Source of the DNA: Ptychomitrium polyphyllum
Taxonomy: Eukaryota
Length of the DNA stretch: 64,000 nt
Direction: 5' to 3'
Assembly: GCA_973851085.1 (NCBI GenBank)
Contig: OZ316775.1
Coordinates: 16,120,001 to 16,184,000 of the forward strand
The notes beneath the pieces are model-generated. The model made no database searches, was not told the DNA's origin, and worked only from the letters and a program-made list of their open reading frames with translations. The position numbers were made by a program, and so were the translations under genes. Shown here in pieces: positions 63,001 to 64,000 of the stretch. Numbering within the stretch: position 1 is the first letter of the stretch; each line of letters opens with the position of its first letter.

Positions 63001-63512
63001 TCGGGGAGATGCTCTTGGGAGATGCTGATGATGTGGAGGGACGTTGAAGTAGTGGCTGTTGATTGATGCAGTTCTTGTTCCGCGATGGAGGGGGACCAGT
63101 GGTTGTTGTATGATGAGCGAGGTTTGGATTCGAACAGGTCGGCTTTGTTAGGGAGAGCCGGAGTTTTTAGTCGATTTTGGGAAGGAGGTGGGTTCAGACG
63201 CTGTTAATGCTCCGAGTTCGACCTGGGATAGTGCAAGCAGCGATTGCTGACACCCTTGCTTGTTCAGAATTTCCTTGAGGACGAAGAAGCACCAAGTTTC
63301 TTGAGGTGTGGAGCGTTTTTCCAGGGTATGTTGATGACAATTTTATTCGTTTCGGGACTTTTGGTGAGAGTTTCAAATGGAAGTGGATTCAATACCTCAT
63401 GGTTCTCCTTCCTCGTCTGAAAAGCACACACTAAGCATTGTCGAAAGCTTCAAACCCTAGAAAATTTGCATGTACAAACACAGTGGGCGGTGTTCAGTTG
63501 CAGAATACCACA

Positions 63513-63932
63513 ATGGGCTTCCCGCACTGCGACCATCACAAGGCGGACACCAAAAAGCCCTCTGGGCTGAGAAAAGGACGGCCGGTGGAGAATCCGGAAA
63601 TAGAGAAGAGAAGGCAGATGAGGAACAGCAAGTTGCGTCCTGTGCGCACGGTGCTTGAGATCCATGAGAAGGAAGAGAAAGAAAGGACACGCATGGCTCC
63701 CAAGGAAACCATCCTAGTTCCTCCGCAGCAGAATCTCATGTATGATTACCGCGTTCATCGTGGTTCTCCGAAAGCCCAATCGAAGGTAAGGATACGTCTG
63801 AACTTCTCTCAGCTCAAGTATTCTATTTCTGCTTGTTGAGGATTTATCACTGATGGTTTTTGTGCTTAGGTTTAGGCACCACCTCTAGACACAGCAGATT
63901 ATGCGGAAATTAAACCTTTTATTTCGCTGCAA
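63513..63932 (+). CDS. Radial spoke protein 3-like, first exons (continues beyond window)
   Basis: Exon 63513-63785 (AAG|gtaagg) and probable exon 63876-63932. 'QNLMYDYRVHRGS' resembles the RSP3/RSPH3 motif N(I/L)MYDRRV.RG(N/S). A ttgcag acceptor just upstream suggests a 5'UTR intron, and a telo-box lies at ~63452. Confidence 0.6.
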
Positions 63933-64000
63933 GTATAGTTCAGGGATTCTTTTTTTAAGCCTTGACATTCTCAAAATCGCAAATATTCCTTCCCAAATCC

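Overview
Eukaryotic, intron-rich plant genomic DNA, almost certainly a moss (Physcomitrium patens or a close relative): it carries an exact match to the recalled moss miR537, a TOO MANY MOUTHS orthologue and two flagellar genes. Genes in order: 3' part of HEATR1/UTP10 (+, to 11072), MIR537 hairpin (-, ~15.2 kb), NAA50 N-terminal acetyltransferase (-), a decayed chromodomain Ty3/gypsy element with two nested solo LTRs (25.7-32.4 kb), a Bet v1/SRPBCC (lachrymatory-factor-synthase-like) gene (+), an atypical annexin (-), a 7-exon enkurin gene mostly invisible in the ORF track (-), L-ascorbate oxidase (-), TMM (-) and the start of a radial-spoke-protein-3-like gene (+). AT-rich decayed repeat blocks separate the genes. 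Most notable observations: an unrecognised ~150-220 nt fold-back (candidate new MIRNA) inside an enkurin intron; a splice-acceptor-like site inside mature miR537; an annexin with an extra in-frame 75-nt exon and a Ser-rich tail; a three-exon antisense ORF overlapping the NAA50 3' end; and a template-switch fold-back in one solo LTR. All family assignments are from recalled motifs, not database searches, and exon boundaries were read by hand.
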